Shown piece by piece: positions 46,119-59,794 of a DNA stretch of 64,000 nucleotides. Each line of letters opens with the position of its first letter. Position 1 is the stretch's first letter. The stretch is from Neoconidiobolus thromboides FSU 785. Taxonomy: Eukaryota; Fungi; Entomophthoromycota. Below the pieces are notes generated by a model. The model searched no databases, had not been told where the DNA came from, and was given only the letters and a program-made list of their open reading frames with translations. A program made the position numbers and the translations under genes. The DNA is taken from the NCBI GenBank assembly GCA_025603075.1, contig MU626320.1, positions 1 through 64,000 of the forward strand, given 5' to 3'.

Positions 46119-47436
46119 TGTTATTGTTTTCATTTAAAACTGTAATTAAAATAAGTTGAAATCAAAATCTTTTGTTTTTTTGTTAAATATTGAATTACAA
46201 AGTCAATTCTAGATAATTCCACTTCCATCAATAGAATTACAATTTAAGCAGTGTTGTTAGCTGATTATATATATATTTGTATTAAGATGATTATACAATA
46301 ATATTATAAAAAACAAATTAATAATTAGTTATTGAATCGAATTAAATCAATATCAAGTTATTTTAGTATCAATTTTATTTACTATATAAACTGAATCAAT
46401 ATATCTTATACTTTAATGAGTTGATAAACATAATTCTTTTATTTCCTTTAATTGTATTAAATTTGATGAATCTTTATTTTAAATACTACATATTTTATTT
46501 CCTATAAATCTCTTAATAGCTTCTAGAATCTTATATTTCTTTAAGTAGTATTATTAAAAATAATATGTGGAGTATTGAATCCATGGAAATAGAATAGCTC
46601 AATAAATTTATTTTATTACATATATGACGTTATAGATCGATTTCTTTAATCATATCCTTATTGACGGAAATAACTGTCAGTATTAGTAAAATTAGAAATG
46701 GAATTGAATCAAATGATTGTGTATTCCTTTGATAATTGATATTAAATTTAATTGATAGTGGCATTTTCTATCGGAATTAAGTGTATATTTTGTATATATA
46801 GCTAATATTTAAAATGTATCATTTAGTTTAATACTACTCTTAAAAATCAAGTTCAACATTATGGAGTGACTACAATTTTAAAGAACAAATAAATAACAAA
46901 TAAATAACAATTGGATTCTTAAAGATGATATCATTGAAATAAAATAGATATAAAGACAGTCTCTTTTAAAAGACTTAATAATTGAAAAGGAGAGAATAAA
47001 TTAATAGAAGGTATAAAATTAAAAAAAATTACTAATAAAGTCTAAAAAACAAAACTTTCGTTATATTAGATAATAAAAGTAGTACCTCTAAGCTATAAAC
47101 TAGATAGTGAAATTTTATGTTATTACCAAATATAGTAATAAATTATTTGTCTGACTACTTAATAAAATTTTGGATAATTTAATTAATTGATTGATTAATT
47201 AATTTTTCTAACTTTCTTTAAAAAATGTCGAATAACGCAAAATTGCAAAAGGGGGATCCAACTATTAATTCATTAAATATTACAATACCTTAATTCCTAT
47301 CAAAATGTTATGAACAACTCTTTTTATATTCTTTTAATTTCTTTTATACTGTTTTTTCAATTTTTATAAAATAATCAATTTTCTATTATTAACATTCTCT
47401 TCTTTATAAAGTTTTGAAAACTTTATAAGTATAACG

Positions 47437-49728
47437 ATGAACATATCCCTTTTAGTATTGACTTTATGTAGTTCAATACTGTCAACTACAAACAATATTA
47501 ATCCATCATCAACAATTAATAATACAACTAATTTAATATCTAATGTTCCATCTATTACTACTCAATATTTATCATCTCAATCAACTACTACTGATACATT
47601 GTTAGTAGACAACAATATAAATAACAATATATTTACTTCATCAACAGAGCCAAATCAAAGTAATAAAGAAGAAATAAAATTAGAAGATAATAAAGAACAA
47701 TCTAAGGAGATAACTAATAACAAATTAAAAGAAAGTAATCAACAATCAAACAACATTGATTTTATTAATCCAGAGCTAGAAAATCAAAGTAAGGATGCTC
47801 TAACTTCCAGTTCATTCATTAAATCTTCAACTATTGATATTCAATTAAAAGATGATATAAATGAATTAGACCAACAGGAAGAGTTACCTCAATTAGAAGA
47901 AGGTGATAATGAGGATATTGATTTAGTTAATAAAAATGAACATCAACATCATTTTATACCAATACCTAGCTTTATAAAGCGCTCAATTAATATTATAAGG
48001 AAAGTATTTCAATTTGATAGTAACAATAATAATCAATTAAATTTTAATACTTCAACAGATGATAATGAAATTACATCAGAGAATAATAAACAAGATTTAA
48101 CTTTATTAAGTAAGAATCAACAAGATCAACCTGATAATAAAATCAGAGGAATAAGAAGTGATATACCAATACCAGAAGCAACAAAAGAACAATTAAATAA
48201 AGGTTTATCAAAAGGAGCCATAGGAGGAATTATAGGAGGAGTAGTAGGCTTATTAATCTTATTATCACTTGTTGGAGGAATATTATTCTATTTTCTACGA
48301 CATAAAAAACCAACAACAGTATTCGGAAATAATCAAGCAAATGAAGAGGGGGGTTTATTAACACAAGCTAGTAATGATATTGAAGAAGTAATCTTATCTC
48401 CGATTAATCCAATTAATAAATTTTGGCCAAATATTGAATTTAATCCCAAAAATCAACGATTTTCTAATATGTCGATGATAGAATCAAATAATAATAATAA
48501 TAATAATAATAATACTCATTCAACTAAAGTATCTAAATTTGCTACTATTAATAAACCAAATACAAGTTCACCAATCCCAATTAATTTATCTAATTCAGCA
48601 GGACAATTAAAACATACACCAAGTTTTAAATTACCTAATAAAACTAGTAATGAAACAATATATGAACGTCGAATGAAAAAAAAATCCCAAGATAATTCTA
48701 TTAATACCACTACTACTACTTCTTCATTACTCTCTTCCATGGTAGATGATATAAGTAGTGTTACTGAATATGAAACAGATTATGATGAAATTAATATGGA
48801 TGTACATATTCAGCAAATGAAATCAGATGATAACAGTGATAAAGATAGTATTGAGTTGTGTTCTGTTATAAGATCAAGCATCATTAATCCTAAATTAGAT
48901 CAATTAAATGAAGTTCATTTAAGATCTCCTTCAATTCCTCCACCAGATTATGGAATGAATTATTCAAAGGGTAATAATATTGATCAAAGTTTGTTTACAG
49001 TTGAAAAGAAAGATACATTAAAAGAAGAATCTATTGGATTACTTAGTACAAATGAGAATCATTCAAAACACAGGAATGATAGATCTGTATCTCCAATTAA
49101 TCGATCTATTTCACCTATTAATATGGGCAAAGAAGAAAAGAAGAAATATATATTTCCATCAGAATATAGGGTATCTAATGTAGAAACCTCTGATTCTACA
49201 AACTCAAGTTTAGCAAAGGTGACAAAACTCACAATCTCATCCAAATTAAAGGATTATAATGAATCTAATCCTAAATTATCTACTATACCGCCAACCACTG
49301 CTAATAGTATTAAAAAATCCACTAATCGAAATAGTACAGTTAATCAAAAGTTTGGTTTTAGTAATGAAAAGTATCAATTAGATGGACCTGATTATACGAA
49401 TATTGAAGATAATTCATTTAATGGTATTTCAGCAGAAAAAGAAATTGATAAAGAAATTGATCGACGATCCTTAGATGTTAATCGACATAGTTTACGTCAA
49501 ACAAAACTGTTTTCTGAAAATCGAAGTTTATTAACTTCAGGTAGATTACAACATCATCGACAAGTATCTGAAAATGTAAAGTTGAATAAAGATAAAGAAA
49601 CTGGGGCTAGTAAAATCATTAAAGAAAGAAGAAAAAAGGACTTGGTAAAACATCTAGCTGGTCAACCACCCTCCACTCCTATTACTCCAAAACAACAGGC
49701 TCTTGATACTGATTTTTGGGGGCTTTAA
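47437..49728 (+). CDS. Type I membrane protein (signal peptide, S/T/N-rich ectodomain, single TM, long disordered tail); Mid2/Wsc-like architecture
   Basis: MNISLLVLTLCSSILS; TM GAIGGIIGGVVGLLILLSLVGGILFYFL followed by RHKK. Confidence 0.8.
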   Translation: MNISLLVLTLCSSILSTTNNINPSSTINNTTNLISNVPSITTQYLSSQSTTTDTLLVDNNINNNIFTSSTEPNQSNKEEIKLEDNKEQSKEITNNKLKESNQQSNNIDFINPELENQSKDALTSSSFIKSSTIDIQLKDDINELDQQEELPQLEEGDNEDIDLVNKNEHQHHFIPIPSFIKRSINIIRKVFQFDSNNNNQLNFNTSTDDNEITSENNKQDLTLLSKNQQDQPDNKIRGIRSDIPIPEATKEQLNKGLSKGAIGGIIGGVVGLLILLSLVGGILFYFLRHKKPTTVFGNNQANEEGGLLTQASNDIEEVILSPINPINKFWPNIEFNPKNQRFSNMSMIESNNNNNNNNNTHSTKVSKFATINKPNTSSPIPINLSNSAGQLKHTPSFKLPNKTSNETIYERRMKKKSQDNSINTTTTTSSLLSSMVDDISSVTEYETDYDEINMDVHIQQMKSDDNSDKDSIELCSVIRSSIINPKLDQLNEVHLRSPSIPPPDYGMNYSKGNNIDQSLFTVEKKDTLKEESIGLLSTNENHSKHRNDRSVSPINRSISPINMGKEEKKKYIFPSEYRVSNVETSDSTNSSLAKVTKLTISSKLKDYNESNPKLSTIPPTTANSIKKSTNRNSTVNQKFGFSNEKYQLDGPDYTNIEDNSFNGISAEKEIDKEIDRRSLDVNRHSLRQTKLFSENRSLLTSGRLQHHRQVSENVKLNKDKETGASKIIKERRKKDLVKHLAGQPPSTPITPKQQALDTDFWGL

Positions 49729-49954
49729 ATAATTAGTTTTATACTCCTTTCCTCCTCTTTTTAAATAAAAAAAGCTATAAAAATATTAATTTAACTATTT
49801 AAGATTTCATTTATACATTCATTTAGAACCTAATACTTTACCCACTAACCTCTGGGTCTCCTCAATACATTTCATATCAACAATGCTGCCACTATAGCAA
49901 TTTGAAACAAAGTCAGCTCCCACACTCTTTCCATCCCTTTATTAAACAAGATAT

Positions 49955-50051
49955 GGGGTGTATTTTTGGCTTTATCACTTTTCCCATCTTCTAAGTGTTA
50001 TTTGAGCAGAAAAAGTGCTAGTAAAATTCTTAAACATAAAAGTATATCTCC
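49955..50051 (-). mobile_element. ~97-bp MITE copy
   Basis: Reverse orientation, ATAT flanks. Confidence 0.8.
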
Positions 50052-50676
50052 ATATATTGTGCACTATCCAAATTACGCCCAGTAATCGTCAATGTAAGCC
50101 CAACCATTTACTCAAAAATTGTTGGCTTAGAAATATGATAAATATTGGTAGTTCTATATATCTAAGTCACTACAGGTTTGAAATCCTTATGCAAAGTGAT
50201 GAACCAACTGATAAGTCTAATACTTGACCAACAGTAATTAGAAAGTTTAAAGTTTTCCTAAATAAACATAAGATAAATAGTATACTTTGAACAAAGCGAT
50301 TATATTAATGTAACTAATAAGGTTTAAAAGTATAGTTTATTTAGAAAATAGATAAAGCTCTCAATAAAAAGAGATCCCAAAGGAATAGATTGCATTGTTT
50401 ATATACTTTTCATATTACAAAATGCAATATTTTACTACCTTTTATATCCATATTTATTATATTTATTATCAAAATTATTGATATTTTTGGTGTTAATCTT
50501 CTTTATATTGCTTTATAAAAGCAGTCAACTTATATTGAATCTTGTTCAATTATAGCATCAGACTTCGAAAAGTAGGGAATTCTGTTAATTGTCTTCAGAA
50601 TTATATATATTTGTGAGAAATTACTCTTCTTTTAACTAAAGTTACTATTATGAATTACTAATACTTAATCATTAAC

Positions 50677-51056
50677 TTAATATCTTAACCCTGCAATACC
50701 TTCATCCTGAAAACTTAAACCAAACTTGGACTCAATGCTCTTCCCATCACCTCTAGAAAATAGGGCTAATTGAGCGGATCTTAAGGTACAACCGGGAATG
50801 TTAATGTAAGTCCACCATCGTCAGAAATAATCGATGAAAACGTACGATCATTATTTTTGATCTGCGCTCCTTCATGACGCCAAAACCTTTGAACAATGGT
50901 TCCATTAATTTCTGCATTATAAGTGCACACAAAGCTATAAGTGTTAGTTCCATCACCATTAGCATTACGACCAAATACGGACTCATAGAAGAAATTCATG
51001 AATTGACCAGTGGTCAATTGAAGGAAACTGACAAAAGTTAAGAATAAAAAGTTCAA
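50677..51056 (-). pseudogene. Frameshifted paralog of the adjacent small secreted Cys-rich protein
   Basis: No upstream ATG; 1-bp deletion near 50790; the shifted frame continues CTLRSAQLALFSRGDGKSIE...EGIAGLRY*; several Cys lost. Confidence 0.8.
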
Positions 51057-51570
51057 CGAAGTTAAATGAAAGGTTTATGTTATTTTAGTTTGAATTAGAC
51101 CTGTTAGATTTCTATAGTTTTTATAGGAATTTTCGATTTTTTTACTGTTAACCTAATTTGATGGCTTGTGTAGGCTTTTTTGAAGTTTATCACTTTTTTG
51201 ATAATGTACTGGGTTTTTAACTCATTATAATTGTTTCGAATTCTTTTTTGGGAAGCTGTAAAGATTTTTTTAATAAAAACAAAAGCCAACAGAATGCAAG
51301 ATGTTGTGATAAAAATTAGTATAGTTTTACCTATAAAGATTTAATTTTCATTAAATACAAAACATTACTCTCGCTTTCAGTTACTACGAAAAAAACTTAA
51401 ATAATTTTAAACTTTTTCAAGACAGTCGTGGTAGATTGAAAATACTATCTTTCTATGAATAAAATTGCTAATTAACCTTTTTCTAATTCTTGATTTTAAT
51501 AAAAAATTTAATAGTGTAAATAAATGTTAAAAAGAATGTGATTTATTAAAAAACTCAACAATTCTGCCCA

Positions 51571-51978
51571 TTAAATTGTAGTTCTACCATTACATCTCAC
51601 CCCAGCGACGCCTTCACCTTGACAATTCAATGGGAAATTAGGCTCATAACTTCTCCCTCCTTGTCTAATAAATAATTGTGGCTGAGCACTGCCTAAAGTA
51701 CATTCCGGAATGGTCAAAGTAAGTTCTCTGTCACTAGATATAAAAGGCGCAAATGTACGACAACTATTTTGTGTATCGGCTCCTTCAGAACGGCAGAAGC
51801 CTTGAATGGTGGTTCCATTGATTTCTGCATTACAAGTGCAAGTAAAGCTATAGATGTTGGTTCCATCGCCATTAGCAGTACGCCCAAAGACAGACTCGCA
51901 TTTAAAATCTATTGATTGAGAAGTGATAAGTGGGAGCAAGGTGGTGAGAGAAAGTAAGATGAAGGTGAACTTAACCAT
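51571..51978 (-). CDS. Small secreted cysteine-rich protein, 135 aa, 8 Cys
   Basis: Signal peptide MVKFTFILLSLTTLLPLITS; 8 Cys in the mature region; paralog immediately downstream. Confidence 0.85.
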   Translation of the reverse strand: MVKFTFILLSLTTLLPLITSQSIDFKCESVFGRTANGDGTNIYSFTCTCNAEINGTTIQGFCRSEGADTQNSCRTFAPFISSDRELTLTIPECTLGSAQPQLFIRQGGRSYEPNFPLNCQGEGVAGVRCNGRTTI

Positions 51979-53050
51979 GGTTCAAATTATTTAATGCTAA
52001 TGAAAGTTAATATGAAGGTGTATATTTTATATTTTGTGTTTGATGGAGCTTGTGGTTTTTTTATATAGTATTTTAATATAATCTCTAATTTTTACTGTTG
52101 GTTTAATTTGATGATCTCTATGGGGTTTTTTTTGATATTAGCACCCTTTAATAACAAGTTTTTAATAAAATAAACTTGTTCTTTTTAAAATTCTAGTTAG
52201 TTTAATAAAATGAAATCAGTTATTATAAGGGAAATAGCAAATTTATTATGAATTTATTGCTATTAAGAAAATAAAACTGTTATAAAGGAATAATCTATTT
52301 TTATTAAAATAGTTGGAGTTTCCGTTTAATCTCGTCTTATCTCTAGTTTCAGCTTCGTATAATTTAATTTAAAATGACAAGCATATCAAATTGATTCTAT
52401 TGCTAATTGAGATTCTGTATTCAATTGTTTTATCTAAAGCTATATAGTTTCTATTTATTTCAATTCATATTGTGAATGTAAAGTATATTTTTGTTTATTT
52501 GAAATATTTGTTTATATTATAAATAATACGTTAAACCCTCATTTTTATTTAATAATAGCTATTCATTACACTCTATTTACTAAAATAGTGATTTGAAATA
52601 TGCTAATAGCTAAATAATTTTGTTATTGATATTGAATTTTATTATATTATATTATATATTATAACATGATTATTAATTATTACTGTCGTCACTTAATAAT
52701 TAAATAATTTTGATGCTATTATTTTACAAGAATTAAAATTAAAACTAGTAGAACTATTCTAATATTCATAATTACAATTATTTTCATTACAAAATTTAAG
52801 CTAAATTACTAATAAGCCATTAAATTTTAATCTGAAACTCTGGTTTTAAATCAATGAATAGAGTTTATGGAAAAAAACATGGGAAAATGCAAAAAGTAAA
52901 AGACTTAATAAATGATGAGATAATAAATTTTTGCATTTAAACCAATAGGACCCCCCCTCAAAAACCATTTAAAATCACGATTCAATTCCCAATCTCACGT
53001 TTTATTTTTTTTACCAACTTAAATCAATTTAACAATTTTATAACAACAAA

Positions 53051-54125
53051 ATGGACTTTAATAACTATAACAATGCACCCTTTCAAGAGCCACTGATGCC
53101 CTTAAATAACGGCGAAAACAATCAACAGACAACAAATAGTACAAACTCAGGTCAAGGAATTATATCTAATTTTGGTGGTGCTCATTTAACTGATTTTACT
53201 AAACGTAAAAACTGGCCATTGAGAGTGTTAGGAGAATTAAAAGATTTTTTACATGTAGTATCACCTTCTGGTCGATTTTTATTTTGCTCACCTTCTTGTT
53301 TAGAAATGGTAGGTTTTTCACCAGAAGAGTTAGTGGGTCGTCAAGTAACGGACTTTATTCACGTGGACGATATTGATACTTTTATTAGAGATTTTAATCT
53401 AGCTATTACTCAAAAAGTATTTCGAATTCTATACCGATTCCGTAAAAAAGATGATAAATTCATCATTTTAGAGATCAACGGTCATCCTTATTTTCCAGAA
53501 AATTCAACTACTGCACGGTGCTTTTTTTTAATGGCCAGACCTTATCCTTCAAAAGCAGCTTCTACTATTGATTCTTTTTTGGAACTTAGAATGGAAAACG
53601 ATCGTTTAACAAAGCGACTTTTGGAACTTCAGAGAGAAAGTCAAGAACAAAACAATACTAATGATAACTCATTAAAAACAAACAGTGGTAATAATAATAT
53701 CAGTGAAGTGATCAATTACGCAACAGGTTCTTCAGAAAGTGTACCGCCTAACAACGGTAATAATAAACAACTTCCTCCAACGATGAATGCACCATCAATT
53801 GATGCAACTAAGAAAATCAAAAAGGTAAAAATCATGGTAATAAGCAAGCTTATATATTAAATTATTATTATAATAGACCAAAAGACAAAGGGCTGAAGAA
53901 GAAACACATGTATGTACGGATTGTGGTACGGTTGATTCACCTGAGTGGCGTAAAGGACCTCAAGGACCTAAAACGTAAGTTTTATTTAATAATATGCTAT
54001 AAAAAGCGGTATTAATTTAATATAATAGATTATGTAATGCATGCGGTTTAAGGTATGCTAAAAAGAATAAGAAGATATTAAAGGAGGCCGAAGCGGTTGG
54101 TGATGCAGAAAGAAATAACAGTTAA
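53051..54125 (+). CDS. wc-2: White collar-2 type PAS + GATA zinc-finger transcription factor, 3 exons
   Basis: [24 protein letters not shown] domain; [21 protein letters not shown]|[11 protein letters not shown]. Confidence 0.92.
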
Positions 54126-56648
54126 ATTCGAGAAGACTGATTATTATTTATTATAATTACAATTAATCTTCTTTATTAGTTTTTTTCCTAAAGTCAATAG
54201 AGCTTTGCTTCTTTTTTATATGAATAAATTTTAATCTTTTTTTATTATCAAGTGAGGATTTTATTTCTTGTTAAGATCGAGTTGTATTAGCAAATTTTTA
54301 TCATTAATTTATGTAGAGTCTTAGAAAATAAACTAAATAAGTAATTTCAAGTCAACACATTTCGTCTTAAAGGTTTAATAAGCCTATAAATATTGTTGTA
54401 ATGTGGATGAGTATCTAAAGAACGTTCTATACTTTTGAAATCTTATAATCAAACACTATAAGATATAAAACATTGAAGCTGATATCAAAGCAGTTCAATA
54501 TTTTCATAGAGCAATAAAAGAATAAACGGTAGGATTATACTAAAAGTAATATATATTAAAGGTATTTAAAGTGTTTTTCATAAAGTGCCGATATTTGGAA
54601 AGAATATGATTTTTTGTGAACATTTTAGAGTTATAATTAATTCTTAAAGGATAAGGGAATAATTTGCCATTTATGATTTATAATATTTAGACTAAAGTCA
54701 AAATAAAAATCAATTTTAACAGTTAAAAGGAGTTTTTTATACTTTTACTTAGAAGCTATCACTTTCAAAGTTAAAAAAACACTTAAAAGAGATCAATATG
54801 ATAATAATAGGCTTTGAAAGATTAAAAAGAATATAGTTGTTTATTTAAATAAAAGGTAGATAGTGTCAATGAATTTTGCTAAGGGTAAGTGGCCCGTCTG
54901 TTAAAATATAATAGAAAGTTAAATATAATATACTAATTATAGTCAAAATCAGTTCTAATTATAACATAATAGGCAATTTATTATATCAATAGGTTTTAAG
55001 ATCTATGGGTAAATTTATACTAACTTTATGCTTTTTATCTTATTTTACTATTTCGAATGCTATAATACCTTAAATATTTTATATAGTTTTTATACTGTTT
55101 TACAAACCTCATCAAACCTTAACAAACTAATAATAAACAACAATCAGGAAACACTATAGCAGATTTTTTCAAAAGCTCTATATTCTTTAATAAAAAATAA
55201 AGAGATCATTAATTGCACTAGTGAGTTTTAGTCAAAGATTAGCTAATAATATTTGAAAAAAACCTGCTAATAAATGCAGCAGTTTTTCTTCCAATCGACA
55301 TTTTTTTTATTGGAATTTTATCTAAATTGGAAAAAATTACTGTTGCAATTCTTTATCTCTACCGGTTTTTATAAAAAGATTAAATTTGAAAATTTGTTAT
55401 TTTTTTAGTGAAGAAAGAGTTTAAATCAGTTTTAAGATTTATTGATTTTAATGAAACTGGGCTAATTTTAAGACTTTTGTTATCATTTAAGTTAGAAAGT
55501 ACTTTTCAAGAACAGCTAAAAAGCGTCTTTAAAAATAAAAGTTCATGTTATGCATTCAATATTTTGTACATGAAATTATAAGGATTTAAGAACGTATTAT
55601 TACATTAATTTATTTGTATATGGATTTAATTTTAAATATACAACAATATTTAAATTGAGATATATTACTATATTTAATAAATGTAAATTTTGAGATCAAC
55701 TTATTTGACAAAGATTATTAACTAGCTAGTTGGGTAAAAAAGGAGTAGCCAATTAAAATTTAATGAAAGGTCATATTATTAAATCATAATTACTTAAATC
55801 TAAAGATGAATTTAAAGGCCAGATTTATTAGTAATGGAGGGTTATAACGCTATCTTAATAATCGTCATATCAACTTTTAATAATTAATGATATAAGCAAC
55901 AGTGATAATAAATATAGTATAATGGGCAATAAACTTATAAGCTAATAAACTTAGATTAATGAATAAAACATAGACTAAAAATAATTGGATGGGATTAATT
56001 ATCAAAGCATTTTATATTAAGCCCTCCCTTAACTAAACAATATCACTCTTTGGGGAGAAAGGTTACCATTGCTTATCTTTAAATACAATAGCCAATTATT
56101 CAATTTCTTTTATACACCTTATTTCATTATTTTCCATAGCATAGCCAGTAAAATTCCAATCGCAGTCCATTTGTTTACTTTTATTTTCACGGGATAGTGA
56201 GATTGGTGATCTAAATAATACACCAATTAAAAATGCCCATTTTCGAATTTCCTTTTAGTTTGGTGGGTCAAGAGATTGAATTTTTAGCTGCTTTATCTAA
56301 TTTATTAAAATTTTAAGTTCAAGTGTAAAAAAGGGATATATAACACTATCTATTGTATTATAGTTTATCAAAACTTTTTTAAAATTTTGTATTTATTTTA
56401 AAAAAGTGTATATTATATAAAGAGTACCATAAACCCTTGTTAATTTATTAATTTTAGTTCTTAGTTGAGTTTTATTAATTTAAGCGAACAAAGATTAAAG
56501 CTAAAAATAAGCTAATCAAATAATATCTGCCCATTTTTTAGTAAAAATTCGCAAAAAATCCATCCAAGTTTACTTCGTCCAAGAATTGCTTAGTTAAGAG
56601 TTAAATTAAGAGTTGAGCATATCATTTAGTTTCATTCTTTTCTTTTTA

Positions 56649-58564
56649 ATGGTGATGTTCGAAACAAATGCTAATTCACAGCACAATGGGAAGAATAGCC
56701 CGCATAAAGAAAATTCTCCCATCATACCACCACCGCTTTCTATCTACAATGACCATTCTGAGCTAGAATCTAATATAATTCAGTCGATTGAGCAACTGAA
56801 TATAAGTCCAAGTGGTAATAAGCAATAATAAATAATTTAAACATTACTAATCAAGTTTAATTTTAGAACCACAAACCAGTAATAATGGTAATAGCCAAAC
56901 ATTAGATAAAAGTAAAAAGGGAAAACAGCGATGGGGAAGTCAACAGAAAAATGGATTTCCACCATCCCCTGGCCTTTCTCAAAACCAGGATTACAAAAAA
57001 CATCCAAGTAAGACTATAAAAAGATTATTTATAAATAGCTAACCCCCTATTTAGTATATCAAAAAATTGAAGAAATAAATATAAAATTACGCTCTGGTGT
57101 TATTATTTTACCGAATGAGCGCCGCAGTCCTTCACCAGAACCATTATTTAACGCTGAAGGAAAACAGGTCAATACTCGAGAAATAAGATATCGAAAGAGA
57201 TTAGAAGAAGAAAGACAAAGATTAATTGAACAAGCTGTAAGTGAGGATCCTAATTTTAAACCACCTATTGAACTTAAAAAACCAGCCAAATTACAAGAAA
57301 AATATTACATACCAGTACATTTACACCCAGAAATCAATTTCATTGGGCTATTGATTGGCCCTCGTGGTAATACATTAAAACGTATGGAACTAGATTCAGG
57401 AGCAAAGATCTCGATCCGTGGACGTGGTTCTGTTAAAGAAGGTAAACGATTTGATGCTAATGGAGTTCCAGGAAATGATGAAGAACTTCACTGTCTCATT
57501 ACTGCCGATACCTCGCATAAAATTAAGAAAGCCAAAAAACTAATTGAAAGAATTATTGAAACTGTGAGTTTATTAATTTATTAATTTAATTAAACCAATT
57601 CATTGTTTATAGTCTGCTAGTGTTCCAGAAGGACAAAATGAATTAAAACGTCAACAGCTTCGTGAGCTTGCAGCCCTTAATGGTACGTTAAGAGATGACG
57701 AAACTCACGCATGTGGCTGCTGTGGTATGAAGGGTCATAAAAAACATGAATGTCAAGAAAATCCTACCGGCCATAATATTATTTGTTATTCATGCATCGA
57801 TAGTGGATTGAACATGGGTGATTGCAATCATGCTACCACATTCGATAATCAAATGAATCAAGAGATGTTACATCTTATGGAGGACTCTGATCCATTATCC
57901 CCAACAAATCATCCTAAGTTTAGAAAAAATTCTCTTAGTATCTCTCTTCAGGTAATATACTTCATTGAATTAAATGCGTAAGTTTATTAAAATTATCTTA
58001 GTATCCTCATCCTAGCTTAGAATCTAATATTCCGAGTTGGAAATTAAGTGGACCTAATCCAGTTCCAAGCCCAGGAATTCCTTATAATACGCCTGTAAAT
58101 GGCTACAAAAGTGACTCTACTCGTTCCTTTTTACCAGACCAAATGTCACCAGGACTTCCTTATCTTAGTAACCAAACGCCCATCAGTGAAGTATTTCCTA
58201 CAATTTTCAATCCACCAACTGAAGATAGTACTTGGGATAATATTGAAAAATCAATTTCAGCCTTTAATGAAACGCCTATGAACCATTCACTTGGACTCAA
58301 ATTTTATCCTAACCAACTTGGATCTCCAAGGCTTCCATCTCCGAAATTATTTTCTAACTCACCTAATCCCTCTTTCAAATCATCAGAAAATTTCAAATTG
58401 TCATTAAATTCAGAAAGTACTTCACTCCCACCACCATCTAAAGATCCAGTTCTCCCTTGGGTAAAGCTTAGATTTTCAGTATGTTTTTAACATAGATTAA
58501 TGTTTTATTTTAGGTATCTTTAAGTGGACCCAATGCTGGAGAAGAATCCCAACTTCCACATTAA
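56649..58564 (+). CDS. MSL5: Branchpoint-bridging protein / splicing factor 1, multi-exon
   Basis: [51 protein letters not shown] (KH), [24 protein letters not shown] (QUA2), [14 protein letters not shown] knuckle. Confidence 0.9.
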
Positions 58565-59794
58565 CAAATTTTCCTACACAAAAGTTAATTTTTATAGTTA
58601 GTTTGAATAGAAAAAGCCTATTTTAACTAAGTATAAAAAAAGTTGCTGCTTTTATTAACCAATTATTAACAAATCCCCTCTTTTGTGTCCTTTTAATAGT
58701 TTAACGACCTACTAACTGAACAAAATTCAATTTAAAACTAACTTTCATTTCATCAAGAATCAAACAACCCAATTTTTTTGAATTTTATTTTTGACGTGTA
58801 ATGAACTACTTTCATATGTACCCACTCAATCGTTATTAACCAAACTTTTTATTTCTCCTATATTGTTTCTTAATACTTTAGTTTATCCTCTGGCTTGCAT
58901 TAATTTATTTGTAATAAATAAAAGCTGTATTGGGTCTATCGTTTATTATTTTGTATTTATATTGTTTTTTGTTTTGCTTTTTTAATATGTAAGTTGTTAG
59001 AATATATCTGAATTTTGTATTAGTATCAGTGTCTCAGAAAAATGTATTTATACTCCTTTTATAGAGATATTGAATATTATTTCTATTATATAAATCCTAT
59101 AAATAACATTTAGTATATGAGTTTTTGTAAATTTAAGTTATTTTTTAAATTTCAAGCTACTTAAAAAGTGGACAAAACATTGAAGAAGTAAAGACATTCA
59201 GTATATTGTTTTTATCCAAATATTTTGAATTAAGAAAAAATCTGTTAAAATGATATTTCAATAGATGGAAATGATATTTAATAAAAAATATATCGAAATC
59301 AACAAATTATTTCTTAGTTTATCATAAAGATTTAAAATAAAAAGGTATATGATATTTTTGGCAATATTACAAAATTTAAAGAATCAAATAAACAGAAACA
59401 GATTTATGACTGATCTAATATTTGATCTATAAAGTAAAAGTGCTTGTCCATGTAAACCAATGAAAAAAGTATATACAAAAAGCTAGAAGGCATATGTTGA
59501 TAACTCTTAAAAAGACTAATTTTCTTATATTTTTACTGCCCCTTATTTTTAATCTACTTTGTACTCATTTAAATATTAAACTATCACATATTTTGCCCAT
59601 AAATTTCCATTAAAAACCATGAGTTATTTCATTGATATCTAAACTGAGAACTCAAAGCTAATAGTGTTATAAAAACTTTAACTGATTAATATTTATTAAA
59701 ATAAATACTAAAAAATAGAAACTAACTATTATAATTTAATTTAAGCATAAAAAGTAGTATTTGACAACAAGAAAACAAACAAAACTATTTTTTG

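Noticed and set aside
56050-56070. GGAGAAAGGTTACCA resembling U6atac
   Set aside because: Short, imperfect match; the conserved downstream U6atac sequence is absent.
55720-56290. Possible decayed minus-strand ORF (IRKWAFLIGVLFRSP...)
   Set aside because: Stop density (~1 per 16 codons) is close to background for this AT content and no homolog is recognisable.
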